A stretch of 63,027 bases of DNA from Octopus bimaculoides (taxonomy: Eukaryota). How positions within the stretch are numbered: the first letter of the stretch is position 1; each line of letters starts with the position of its first letter. The translations under genes and the position numbers were made by a program. The DNA lies in contig NC_068988.1 of the NCBI RefSeq assembly GCF_001194135.2, positions 96,604,769 to 96,667,795 on the forward strand. The letters run 5' to 3'. The notes under the pieces are model-generated. The model had not been told where the DNA came from. It was given only the letters and a program-made list of their open reading frames with translations, and did not search any database. This document shows positions 1 to 12,601 of the stretch, one piece after another.

Positions 1-31
<31 letters not shown>
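1..31. repeat. (AT)n microsatellite at window start
   Basis: Pure ATAT run; the window also ends in (TA)n. Confidence 0.95.
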
Positions 32-33
<2 letters not shown>

Positions 34-861
34 GGTACTGCCCAGGCGACGAAACTATAGTGATATCCGTGGGGCACCTGGTGATGGAGGTATGTTGTAT
101 TGTTGGTATGGCTGTTATTGTATGTACGGAACAGTTTCATAACACATATATATATACATAAGGATAGCATATTAAAAGCAGTCCGTGGGAAAAGTCATTT
201 AAATAGAAGAGTTGGGAATCACTGTTGGAATCCACTGTGAAAGGGTTGGAGACCACTGTTCTACGGTATTTCTTACAAAAGTAACGATTAATGATTAAAG
301 CAATACTCACGTCATAGCACAGTACTAAAATAAACATAGGCTTGTGAGAAACAATAATAAAAATATATAAAATATACGTGTGACAGACACGAAAATAAAA
401 CACATTCAAATAACGCGAGAAGTTATATGTTAAAGAAAAAGAAACTTCTGTTTTAGCTGCAAGAAGATTGAGTTGTAAAACTTCTTTACAAAGGAAACTC
501 AAATTTCAAAATTAATTAATTTTTTTTTCCTTAGCTCCTATTCGATTCGACATTTGCTTTGATGGAGGTACCACGTGTACTGAGGTACATTCTAAGTCAC
601 TTTCATGTTTATTTATATAGATTTTGTCGTGGCAAATAGATTTCAAGATAAGATATTCCACGAAAGTTTAAGCACTCATGCACATATGTGCATACATACA
701 CATATACAAACACTAATACACACACACGCACTCATACACACGCACACACACACACACACACACACACGCTAGCGCATACAAAACACACACACATTTATTC
801 GTTATGAACGACATAAGCCGTATTATTTCCAAAATAGCGTTCTCTGTACCATTATAAAAGT

Positions 862-1070
<209 letters not shown>

Positions 1071-1128
1071 TGTGTGTTGGGGGAATACTGGAATTTATTG
1101 TATAATTGTAAATTCTCTAGTTACAACT

Positions 1129-1260
1129 TTTCTATTCTAGGCACAAGGCCCGAAATATTTTTGGGGGGGAGGGGCCAGTCGATTAAATCGTTCTCAGTAC
1201 GCAACTGGTACTTAATTTATCGACCCCGAAAGGCTGAAAGCAAAGTCGACCTCGACGGGA
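1129..1260 (-). mobile_element. SINE-like family A, 3' partial copy
   Basis: ctggtacttaatttatcgaccccgaaaggctgaaagcaaagtcgacctcg matches the reverse complement of the copies at 48456-48685 and 58884-59094. Confidence 0.8.
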
Positions 1261-1631
1261 TACTGTAGTTACAACTGATAAGCGGAATTCGCAGGTGCTT
1301 CATGAGGATACAGCTTGGATTGTAATCCCCGTTTTTAGCCGATATCTATAATACATACAGGCTAATCATGTAATATCTCAGACTCAACGATTTTCAGTTT
1401 CGTCCGTATGGAATCATGCGAATGCGCAAGATGCCTTCTTTGGAAAAGATTCTTCTGCCGCACTGGAATCAAATGACGCAGATATTGGTGGCTTGCGGAG
1501 CCGTTCTTCCCATTTGTTGCTTCTTACAGGTATGAGGTCTCTCGAGTATTACTTCATACTAGGTAATATGGAGTTTATCGAGAAGACTCGTACTTCTCGG
1601 TCGATTCTATCGAGAAATGATTGTAAACCAA

Positions 1632-1675
<44 letters not shown>

Positions 1676-3244
1676 GCGCGCGTTTACATGCAGACACACA
1701 CATGCATACACGTGTACATGTGTCCGTAAGTGAGAGTGTATATGTGTGTTTATGTATGTATGCACGTGTCTACGTACACGCTCACAGGCAGACGCTAACA
1801 GCCACAACCACACACACACACACTTTATATATATAATGCGTATGTTTCTATGTACGTATGTGCGTATGTGTGTGTATGTGTGTGTGTATGTATGTTTGTG
1901 TATGCATGGTTAGAGAAAAATATCGTCGCTAAAACTAAAGAGCTGACACATCACATGATCGTTTAAGCAGTAAAATATTTAAGTTGTAGGCAAAGGTCAT
2001 GTGTCACGAAGACTAACAACTTTCAGCAGTGAATCATAATATTGTACGATTCCTTGGTGGGAGTGATATATCATGATGTCGTTGTTGTTGTCGTTGTTGC
2101 TGTTGCTGTTGGTGGTGGTGACGGAGTGTGGTTGTGTTGCTTGTTGGTCATCACAAAATGTATCTCTCCTGTAAGAATATAGTTGCACGTATCGAAAACT
2201 AACCACTCGAGGTTGAAAGCCTCGTGCATCGTGAAAATGTGAAAAATGCATTATTTGTAAAGAGAAAAACAAACAAATCCCTTCTAATTTCTCGATATAC
2301 AATGGTTGGGACAGTAAGAGACTAGTCCTACATTGTGTAGTCAATTCGACCTCTGTTAGACGATCTCGCCATTTACTTAAAATGTATATCAGGGCGTACA
2401 TTTCACTGATCCCTTGGGCTAATACTAACAGAAGGTAGCATTAGTTAAGATAAACAAGAGTGTAAATTATTAGTTCCTACGTACGTTTCACCATTGCAGC
2501 TATTTTGAATTCTGTTTTGGATGTCCACATTCATTTGGAATGAATAGCAAATTGCAACGAATCATCAGAGGAACATTTTATTGGTTTCGAACTTTAACTT
2601 TTCGGGGTTGGGGTTGAATCGATTACATTGATCCAATGCTCAATTTTTTATCGACTCCAAAAGGATGAAAGACAAAATCGGCGCGGTAACGATCCTGCTG
2701 GTTCGCCGCCTTGGGCGAACAATTAATTACGTTCGTTTACAGAGATTTAATATCTAAACACTGACCACCACATTCAAAGCTGACTGAATAAGGATAAGCT
2801 ATGTGCAGTTCTGATTCATGCGACTGTAGCCGTGCATCTAACTGTACACTAACTGTCACTCTAGCGAGGACGATATGTTGGAGGCAATGTTCAGTGGGGT
2901 TGAAATCGCGAACCCACTCCCAAAATATTGGCTTCACTTATGTCTCCCATATTCTTGGTAAATTTCTGAAAAGCAGACTCTTTCGTTCTCTCCTTCTTAT
3001 GAAAATGTCTATGGAAAGGCAGAAGGGCGATGTTAGCAGTGACTACCTTACATGGCACTGGGCTAAGAAGATTTAGGTTAAGGTTAGATTTAAGGGTTAG
3101 CAGTCAGAGTTAGCGCTTAGTCATCACTAATAAAGTGGTGTTTGTTCCACTGAAGAAGCACTTTCCTGTTGGTGTTGATTAGTAAAGACTAATATTAACT
3201 CGGAAGGAAACTATTAAGATCTAGCGCCAAATTTTTTCTCCCTC

Positions 3245-3245
<1 letters not shown>

Positions 3246-3275
<30 letters not shown>

Positions 3276-3343
3276 CTTCTTCTTCTTCTTCTTCTTCTTC
3301 TTCTTCTTCTTCTTCTTCTTCTTCTTCTTCTTCTTCTTCTTCT
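3246..3343. repeat. (TTC)n / (GAA)n polypurine-polypyrimidine tract
   Basis: About 30 nearly pure TTC units next to a gap. Confidence 0.95.
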
Positions 3344-3592
3344 TTCTCCTTCACTTCTTTTTCTTCTTCTTCACATTAAACTCATCAACCACNNNNNNNN
3401 NNNNNNNNNNNNNNNNNNNNNNNNNNNNNNNNNNNNNNNNNNNNNNNNNNNNNNNNNNNNNNNNNNNNNNNNNNNNNNNNNNNNNNNNNNNNNNNNNNNN
3501 NNNNNNNNNNNNNNNNNNNNNNNNNNNNNNNNNNNNNNNNNNNNNNNNNNNNNNNNNNNNNNNNNNNNNNNNNNNNNNNNNNNNNNNNNNNN

Positions 3593-3637
<45 letters not shown>

Positions 3638-3846
3638 GTCTTCAAAGCCTTGACACGTTCCACTTCCTTTCTTCGTGACTTCTTTTCTTTTATATTCTTG
3701 GTTTTGCTTTGAACCGAAAAAAGAAAGAAACAGAAACAAAAAAAAAGGAAAGAAGGGGAACAAAAAAAAAAGAAACTCAGAAGATATATAGAGTACCAGA
3801 AATAAATAACCCCTTCATTTGTATGTATGTTTGTGTTAGTGAGAGG

Positions 3847-3882
<36 letters not shown>

Positions 3883-4200
3883 TGGTGTATGTGGCGGTGG
3901 GAGGGGGGTCTGTGATTAGTGATTCAACATTATCTAACTTAACTTTGACCCTTGTGTCGCTCTACCGTCCGACTTTTTATGTATCTTGTCTGACAAAGGG
4001 TAACACGTCTGGTGCAGCCCTAACTAAGGACTCCCTTTTAGCATGCGTCGAGTACAAAAGTCACAAAGCTATTCGCTTTACAAACTGTGAGGATGACGCT
4101 GGTCGCATTGAGTCGTTTCATTCAAATAAGATGTCGGTGGCGGAAGAGAGACAAAAATTTGAATCTGACTCAATTTCTTTGGAAGCCAGGGTAGGATACT

Positions 4201-4414
4201 GGCTTCAAATTTTGGTTCAATGCCAGCAATTTTCGGGGCGAGGGTATGTCAGTTACATCACCCCAGTGTATAACTGGTACTTATTTTATCGACCCCGAAA
4301 AGATGAAAGGCGAAGTCGACCTCAGCGGAATTCGAACTCAGAACGTAACGACGGACGAATTGCAGCTAAGTATTTTGCCCGGCGCTCTAACGATTCTGCC
4401 AGTACACCACCTTA
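4201..4414 (-). mobile_element. SINE-like family A, near full-length
   Basis: Contains gtcgacctcagcggaattcgaactcagaacgtaacg and tattttgcccggcgctctaacgattctgccag, the reverse complement of the family A head and core. Confidence 0.85.
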
Positions 4415-5054
4415 GTCCGTGGTAAGATATTGAAAATTATGTTTCACAACATTGACAAAGAAGGAAATAAAACATGAATGCTATTTGTGAGTTGTTATAA
4501 GAAGAATATTTCTTCCGCTTCCAGCAAGCCAATAAAATGTACAGTTATTCTTCAATAGTTTAAGCNNNNNNNNNNNNNNNNNNNNNNNNNNNNNNNNNNN
4601 NNNNNNNNNNNNNNNNNNNNNNNNNNNNNNNNNNNNNNNNNNNNNNNNNNNNNNNNNNNNNNNNNNNNNNNNNNNNNNNNNNNNNNNNNNNNNNNNNNNN
4701 NNNNNNNNNNNNNNNNNNNNNNNNNNNNNNNNNNNNNNNNNNNNNNNNNNNNNNNNNNNNNNNNNNNNNNNNNNNNNNNNNNNNNNNNNNNNNNNNNNNN
4801 NNNNNNNNNNNNNNNNNNNNNNNNNNNNNNNNNNNNNNNNNNNNNNNNNNNNNNNNNNATGTCCTTGTTTGTCCCGTCTATGTTTAGCCCCTGTGGGCAA
4901 TAAAGAAATAAACAATTTAAGCAGAAGGAAGAGACGGTGCCCATGTGGTTCTCAGGTATTCCAAAATTGGTAAGGTTTGTTTATACGGTTGGGAACAATT
5001 GTAAGTTGACGTTGTGTGCAAGACGTGGGCTAAGAGAGAATACCAGAGGATCGA

Positions 5055-5090
<36 letters not shown>

Positions 5091-5447
5091 GTGCGCGCTT
5101 GTGTAACGCTCCCTTTTCTCTTATCTTTTTCTCCTCCCTTTGTCTGTTCTTTGTCTCTCCTTCGACATCTTTCTCTCAGATACACAAAGATAAGCTAAAC
5201 CGATAAACTCTTTTGCGTTCGGCAATAAATAACGGAATAGCAGAGTTGGCGATAAAGAACCGTGGTTATTCATTACTAAACGGAACAGAGATCCCCTTCG
5301 ATAATCTTGACTGAAACCACGACGAGAATATCAGAATAGAAGAATATTTAATATTTATATTCTATAATATTTACATTTATAATCATTTATGTATAAAGGA
5401 AAATGCTTCCGCAGCCAGATCAGCTATACACATGCGCACTCGCATAA

Positions 5448-5508
<61 letters not shown>

Positions 5509-5561
5509 TATATATATACATACACACACATACGCGCCCCTCACACATAAGGTGTGTACAT

Positions 5562-5720
5562 ATATAGTTGAAATTTATAGAAAAACAAAAGACTAAGACA
5601 GATGTATGTACAACAAACAGGTGTATTAGTTTGACGCTCGGAAAGTGAGAAAGTCTTTTACGTTTCGAACCTTCGCTCTTCAACAGAAAGCAACACAAGG
5701 AAATAAACAGAGAGAATAAA

Positions 5721-5722
<2 letters not shown>
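5562..5722 (-). mobile_element. ~160-nt dispersed repeat (family F) carrying a minimal hammerhead-like motif
   Basis: Its reverse complement aligns closely over ~160 nt with 17395-17550; flanked by microsatellites. Confidence 0.8.
5655..5690 (-). ncRNA. Minimal type I hammerhead-like motif, variant core CUGUUGA
   Basis: Minus strand: cttt CTGTTGA a gagc-gaag-gttc GAAAC GTA aaag. Stems I and II can pair; stem III is a palindromic ACGU. Confidence 0.5.
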
Positions 5723-5754
<32 letters not shown>

Positions 5755-5928
5755 CTGTGTCTCTGTGTGTATGTGTATATGTATATATATATGCGTGTGT
5801 GTGTGTGCGTATGTGCGTGTACGTACACATAAATACACATATACGATAACACGAGCATTTAATCTTGAACGTGCACATATGCATGCATATGTTTGTCTGT
5901 ATGTGTGTGTATCGCACCCTTAAATACT

Positions 5929-5962
<34 letters not shown>

Positions 5963-6311
5963 GGCGCACTCACACACATTGAATTAATAAATGAAATTGA
6001 CCTGGGGTACGGACCAAAAGTTTGCACTCTGTGATGTTGATCTTATGACAAAGAGGTGATGTTGACTGACACACTAATTGGAACCGACGCCGATTTGGAG
6101 TTCCGCTCTGGTCAAATTCCCATCAAATTTTCCGTAAATCTGACAATGAAATTCACCCCATCCCTGCCGAGTGAATAAAACATATTTGACGAGAAATACA
6201 GTTTGCATCGTTCATTCTAGAACTTTTAGACTTCCAACTGGTCCTCGTTCTTTTTCTTGTACTGAATTTCATTTTCCGGTATATTTCTATAAAAATCTCT
6301 CTGTGGGTGTA

Positions 6312-6362
<51 letters not shown>

Positions 6363-7039
6363 GTGCGTGTGTGTGTATATGTGTGTGTTTTAAGCTTTGA
6401 GGTGATGGGAAACAGAGTTCCTTCGTCTATTTGAATCTGCATCTCATTTTATTACCGGTCTTCTTTCTCTTTCTTCTCTTTTTCTCTTCTGTCTGTCTGT
6501 TTGTCTCTCCTTCTCTTTGGTTATTGAAAGAGCCTTAATGTAAATCGGCAAAAACTTTATGTATATACTTATATATATAAAGACATACACACACATCTTC
6601 ATCTTCCTTCTACTCTGCCCTCAAATTATTACTCTCTCTCTCTCTCTCTCTCTCACCTTCTCCTATTTCTCCCCCTCCTACCTCCTTATATCAATACACT
6701 TTCTCTTTCTATCCCCCACCATGAATCCACCCTCTTTCACCACCTTTCCTCCCTATTGCCTTTCGATCCACCCTCACACTCCAAAGCTAATAAGGTGGAG
6801 AGAGACTTATGAGGTGCCCTCATCTTATCTCGAGTGCGGCTTTTTGCCCCTGTGTTGGTGGCTTCACCTTGATTGATCATTATCTTTTACTACATTTTAA
6901 TATATTTTACTCGGCCCTTTCCCCGTTTATTACATGGACACACATCCTTGCTTGATTTATGACCCTTTCCTACAACACCCTTTTGTAACGTATTGGCCCC
7001 TGTGGCTAATAAAGAAATATTATTGATGTTGTTAGGGCA

Positions 7040-7245
7040 GATAGCTGACTGAATTGTTACTGTGCCAGACAAAACGCTTAGCAGCACTTCGTCCGGCTCT
7101 TTATGTTCTGAGATCAAATTCTGCCTAGGCCGAGTTTCATCGTTTCGCGGTCAATAAAAAAATATGTACGAGTTGAGCATTCGGGTCGATAAAATGACTT
7201 ACCCAACCCTCGTAAAATTGCTGGCCTTGTGCCATCATTTGAAAC
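7040..7245 (+). mobile_element. SINE-like family A, degraded
   Basis: gcttagcagcacttcgtccggctctttatgttctgagatcaaattctgcc ... gtaaaattgctggccttgtgcc. Confidence 0.65.
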
Positions 7246-7818
7246 TATTGCTAATATGGATGTTTCTGGCACCGCTTCTACTGCTGCTCTTGTTGTTGTT
7301 GTTAGAAGACGAAGAAGAGGAAAATCGTGGGTCTGACAAACAATAGATTCTTGTATAACTTGCGTCAAGGAAGTGGTTGAATTTCTAAGTATTTACTTGT
7401 TAGTTGCCCAACATAAACGCACAAGTGTAGAACCCCTTCCGGTAGACATACTTTGCATACAACATATTCGTTGTTTGTTTCATAAAAAAAAAAAAACTAT
7501 TAAGAACAAAATATATTCTAAATATTTGTAATTTTCTTTAATCGACACAAAAATAAGAAAATTAGACATTACAAGACAAGAAAAGAAATGTCTTACAAAA
7601 AAAAAAAACGAAATGTCTTACACAGATTAGCAGAAGGAAGATCTTCTTGATGTAATACATCGTGTAAAGAGTAAAGGAAATATTGGTTCATACAGACCTG
7701 GATTCGCTACGCTCGTCTGTTTGAAAAGGCGAAGGGTCATAGTTGAATGCTATTGATGAAATGGTTCCCTGATCAGGGCTGACTTAATAAACTACGATGC
7801 TTAACAGTATTTTGCGAA

Positions 7819-8137
7819 GGCCCGTGGCTAAGTGGTTAGGGCACTCGGCTCGTGATTGTGAGGTCGCAAGTTCGATTCCTGCTGGTGCGTTGTGTCCTTG
7901 AGCAAGACACTTTATTTCACCTTGTTCCAGTCCATTCATCTGGCAAAAATGAGTTGGACCTGTTTTTCAAAGGAACAGCTTTGTCACATTCAGTGTCACG
8001 CTGAATCTTCTTCAGAACTCCGTTAAGGGTACACGTGTCTATGGAGTGCTCAGCCACTTGCAGGTTAGTTTCACGAGAAGGCTGTTCCGTTGATTGGACC
8101 AACTGGAACCCTCGACATCGTAAGCGACAGAGTGCCG
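7819..8137 (+). mobile_element. tRNA-derived SINE family B
   Basis: Pol III A box TGGCTAAGTGG (7825-7835) and B box GTTCGATTCC (7870-7879), followed by gtgtccttgagcaagacactttatttcac, which is shared with the 11.3, 11.5 and 13.6 kb copies. Confidence 0.85.
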
Positions 8138-8414
8138 CTTTAAGAGATCTCACAAGTGAACTTCCCTCTGATCGAACGATCTACTGGAAACATTAGCTAG
8201 ATCTTACTCACACACACCCTACATCTTAAAAAAAAAAAGGGAGCACACATTGGATGTTGTAGACCTTAATATAATACTCCTGAAAAAAATATAGTTTGTT
8301 ACGCGTTGAACATCATTAATTATATGGAAAGCGTGTGTGTGAGCATGTGTGTACGTGCGCGCGTGTGTTTATATGTGCGTGTGTGTGTTTATGTGGACGC
8401 GCTCATGTGCGTGC

Positions 8415-8545
8415 GTGCATGCGTCTTTGTGTTTCCCCCACAACCGCTTGACAAACGATGCTGGTTTGTTTACATCCCAGTAACATAGCGATTCGGCAAA
8501 AGAGACTGATAGAATAAGTATCAGATTGAAACAAGTAAAAGATGA
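8415..8545 (+). mobile_element. SINE family C, 3' partial
   Basis: cgcttgacaaacgatgctggtttgtttacatcccagtaacatagcgattcggcaaaagagactgatagaataagta matches the 3' half of the copies at 31.7, 54.8 and 61.5 kb. Confidence 0.75.
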
Positions 8546-8559
8546 AAGATGTCTTCCAG

Positions 8560-8938
8560 TCAATGGACTGGGCCATGCTGGAGCACCGCCTCCAACGATT
8601 TACACGAACAGATCACCCCATCCAATACTGCATTTTTTAAAGACGAATTCTTATTCTTACAGCTTGTTACGTGGACGTAAACAAACCAACATCGGTTGTG
8701 AAGTTGTGGTGAGGGAGAAAGTGATAGACAGACAGACAGACACACACATATGTATTTGTGTATGCGTGTCTCTGTGTATCTACGGCAGGCTTCTTACAGT
8801 TTCTGCTCACCAAATCCACTCACAAAGCTTTTTGGTTGACCTGGCATTATAGTAGAAGACATTTTCCCACGCCGTGGAATGAACTCGGTACCATGTTGTT
8901 GAGATGCAAGCGCCTTACCATCCAGCCACGCCTACTCT
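8560..8938 (-). mobile_element. SINE family C, full-length degraded
   Basis: ccatgctggagcaccgcc ... ccaaatccactcacaaagc ... ccatccagccacgcc is the reverse complement of family C. Confidence 0.8.
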
Positions 8939-8983
8939 CATTTATAGATATAAATTAAACCCCCCAAAGTAAAGGATGAAATA

Positions 8984-9024
<41 letters not shown>

Positions 9025-9839
9025 TATATACACGCGCATACATTAATGCATTTGTATGTGTATGTGTTTATGNNNNNNNNNNATACACGCGCATACATTA
9101 ATGCATTTGTATGTGTATGTGTTTATGGATGTATACGTATTTGTGTGTGTGGTGGTGGTGGTGGGTGTGAGCGTTCATCATTCCTGCTGCGTATCACATA
9201 TCTAGTCACGTATCACCATCGAGCGAAAGTTTCCCAAAGTTTGTCAATCATACAACATCTGGCAACACCATTATCGCTCAATTAAACGACGTCCCTTCTT
9301 CAGGAAAGAATCATTCTTTTATTTATTTATTTATTTATTGGTCTGAAAATTAATAGTTTTTAATAACGAAACCCTCTTCATTTAATGCCAATTGTTTTGC
9401 CACCTGCATAGCTTCTGAGAATGTCACTAAGCGATACAGATGTATCATAACTGAAGCACATTCGACTAAAGGTTAAATATACACAGCAATTATTTTTTAT
9501 TTGCCTTCATTTTAGATATTGCTCCCGTTTTTTGTTGATTAATTTACTCTCACATCGATCTTCTGGACAAGAATAAAATATAACAACTTGGATGGATTCA
9601 CGCTTGGATGGATTTACACCTCACTGATTTTATGCATGATTGATCCTTAAGTATATCTGATTATGTTATTTCCTTTCCTGGGTCAAAAAAATTAAAATTA
9701 TGTTCTGTGACAGAACTACAAGCTTCTAAAAATCTTATTTCAAACTGTCGATGTCTAAAGAGGATTACGGGAAGTGGAATGGCAGCACCAGTAGAGCACT
9801 TGACGGAATTCTTTCAAGTATTAAGCGATTATTATTATT

Positions 9840-10051
9840 TCTTTTATCTGTTATTCTGTATTTGATCCGGTGAGTGGGCTGCGGCCATGCTGGTGCACCG
9901 CCTTGAAGAACTGTTTGGCGAACGAATCGAATCGACCCCAGCACATATTTTTTAAAGCTTTCTACTTATCTGATCGGTGTCTTTTGCCGGACTGCTAAAG
10001 CACTGGGACGTAAACACACCAACACTGGTTGTCAAGTAATGGTGAGGGCCA

Positions 10052-10055
<4 letters not shown>
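9840..10055 (-). mobile_element. SINE family C, 3' half
   Basis: ctgcggccatgctggtgcaccgccttgaag ... gacgtaaacacaccaacactggttgtcaag. Confidence 0.8.
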
Positions 10056-10096
<41 letters not shown>

Positions 10097-10537
10097 NNNN
10101 NNNNNNTACTACTACTACTGTTACTACTACTACTATTACTACTACTACTGTATATATATCAAATGCGACAAAATCAATAAATGTTTTGAGGAGTAATATG
10201 ACATCGTATAGGGTAGGATGAAAACGCCTAGGAATAATTTGAAGCTAATTTAATCTAACTACCCGTTAATTGGAACACCATTTCAAATTCCTGGGAGGTA
10301 ATGTGGAGTGGAGGTTAACATGAAACCGCTTCATGTCTTTGTACTGTAAGGTGGTCACAAGAATCTCAGAATCGAGATAGAAACTGATGTTTTCTGTTTA
10401 TTAATCACGCGTCGATGAAGACACACAGCATGACAATTTCGCTGGGGAAGAAAGACTGATTTGCTTGAATTCAATAGTTATTACTATAAATTTCACTTTC
10501 CAGAAAGAAGAATGAAGGAGTTATTTTTTCTTCACAC

Positions 10538-10578
<41 letters not shown>

Positions 10579-11229
10579 CGTATCAGTAATTCTTTTTGAG
10601 AATGTAGGATCTAGAAATATATTAGCTATAAATGATAGCGTACAAATATTGGGTTAAAATATGGATAGCACAGTTTTTTTTTTATATTTACGCCCTATCA
10701 TTTTGCGTATCTACTTCGAAATTCTACGTTCCAACAAGTTAATAAATTCTCGAAGTTAATAAATTGTTATGACGTCAAAATATATACCAACGTTTCTTTT
10801 CATTCCAAGTTGTTTTATAAAATATGTGAAAACAATTTAGCATTAAACTAAAGAAGAAAGGTGACAGTGACTTCGAATTTTCGGCCTCGTAGCTTTCGTC
10901 ATCTCTCTCTCTCTCTCTNNNNNNNNNNNNNNNNNNNNNNNNNNNNNNNNNNNNNNNNNNNNNNNNNNNNNNNNNNNNNNNNNNNNNNNNNNNNNNNNNN
11001 NNNNNNNNNNNNNNNNNNNNNNNNNNNNNNNNNNNNNNNNNNNNNNNNNNNNNNNNNNNNNNNNNNNNNNNNNNNNNNNNNNNNNNNNNNNNNNNNNNNN
11101 NNNNNNNNNNNNNNNNNNNNNNNNNNNNNNNNNNNNNNNNNNNNNNNNNNNNNNNNNNNNNNNNNNNNNNNNNNNNNNNNNNNNNNNNNNNNNNNNNNNN
11201 NNNNNNNNNNNNNNNNNNNNNNNNNNNNN

Positions 11230-11400
11230 AAAGGGGCTGATGCAGCTTGGCACCAGTGACGTCACAACTCATTTCTGCAGCTGAGTGAACTGGAGTAACG
11301 TGAAATAAAGTGTCTTGCTCAAGAACACAACACGCAGCCCGGTCCAGGAACCGAACTCACAACCTCACGATCGTAAGCTCGACGCTCTAACCACTGAGCC
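11230..11400 (-). mobile_element. tRNA-derived SINE family B variant, 5' part
   Basis: Reverse complement begins ggctcagtggttagagcgtcgagcttacgatcgtgaggttgtgagttcggttcc (A and B boxes); truncated by a gap. Confidence 0.85.
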
Positions 11401-11442
11401 CTGCACCTGCACCACTGAGCCATATATGAACCGTCTCAAGCA

Positions 11443-11461
11443 TAACCCTAACCCTAACCCT
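11443..11461. repeat. Short interstitial (TAACCC)3 telomere-type repeat
   Basis: taaccctaaccctaaccct. Confidence 0.8.
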
Positions 11462-11471
11462 CATACTCATG

Positions 11472-11740
11472 AGCTAATGAGTTCGATTCCCGGAGGGGGT
11501 TGTGTGTCGCGTTGTTGAGCAGGAAACTTTATTTCACGTTGCTCCAGTTCACTCAGCTGCAGAGATGAGTTACGACGTCACAAGTGCCAAGCTGTATCGG
11601 CCCCTTTTCCTTTCCCTTGGACAACACCAGTCGCATGGAGAGGGGAGGCTAGTATGCACGGGCGACTGCTGGCCTTCCATAAAACAACCTTGCCCGGACT
11701 TGTGACTCGGAGGGGAACTTTCTAGGTGCAATCCAAAGGT

Positions 11741-11742
<2 letters not shown>
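11472..11742 (+). mobile_element. tRNA-derived SINE family B variant
   Basis: B box gttcgattcc at 11481-11490; body closely matches the reverse complement of 11230-11350. Confidence 0.85.
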
Positions 11743-11777
<35 letters not shown>

Positions 11778-12511
11778 NNNNNNNNNNNNNNNNNNNNNNN
11801 NNNNNNNNNNNNNNNNNNNNNNNNNNNNNNNNNNNNNNNNNNNNNNNNNNNNNNNNNNNNNNNNNNNNNNNNNNNNNNNNNNNNNNNNNNNNNNNNNNNN
11901 NNNNNNNNNNNNNNNNNNNNNNNNNNNNNNNNNNNNNNNNNNNNNNNNNNNNNNNNNNNNNNNNNNNNNNNNNNNNNNNNNNNNNNNNNNNNNNNNNNNN
12001 NNNNNNNNNNNNNNNNNNNNNNNNNNNNNNNNNNNNNNNNNNNNNNNNNNNNNNNNNNNNNNNNNNNNNNNNNNNNNNNNNNNNNNNNNNNNNNNNNNNN
12101 NNNNNNNNNNNNNNNNNNNNNNNNNNNNNNNNNNNNNNNNNNNNNNNNNNNNNNNNNNNNNNNNNNNNNNNNNNNNNNNNNNNNNNNNNNNNNNNNNNNN
12201 NNNNNNNNNNNNNNNNNNNNNNNNNNNNNNNNNNNNNNNNNNNNNNNNNNNNNNNNNNNNNNNNNNNNNNNNNNNNNNNNNNNNNNNNNNNNNNNNNNNN
12301 NNNNNNNNNNNNNNNNNNNNNNNNNNNNNNNNNNNNNNNNNNNNNNNNNNNNNNNNNNNNNNNNNNNNNNNNNNNNNNNNNNNNNNNNNNNNNNNNNNNN
12401 NNNNNNNNNNNNNNNNNNNNNNNNNNNNNNNNNNNNNNNNNNNNNNNNNNNNNNNNNNNNNNNNNNNNNNNNNNNNNNNNNNNNNNNNNNNNNNNNNNNN
12501 NNNNNNNNNNN

Positions 12512-12568
<57 letters not shown>

Positions 12569-12601
12569 AACAACTGTTTGCATGTTTACGCTTCAACCAG
12601 A

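Noticed and set aside
3882-4415. 177-aa ORF, one of the longest gap-free ORFs
   Set aside because: The last ~70 codons are antisense SINE family A. The central part has possible AG/GT bounds (4042-4190) but no recognisable domain.
7819-7890. tRNA-like sequence with A and B boxes (also at 11330-11400, 13576-13640, 54193-54260)
   Set aside because: Lacks a complete cloverleaf and acceptor stem and continues into a shared repeat body, so these are SINE heads rather than tRNA genes.
9028-9127. Exact 45-bp direct repeat on either side of a 10-N gap
   Set aside because: Typical unmerged contig overlap, i.e. an assembly artefact rather than a biological duplication.
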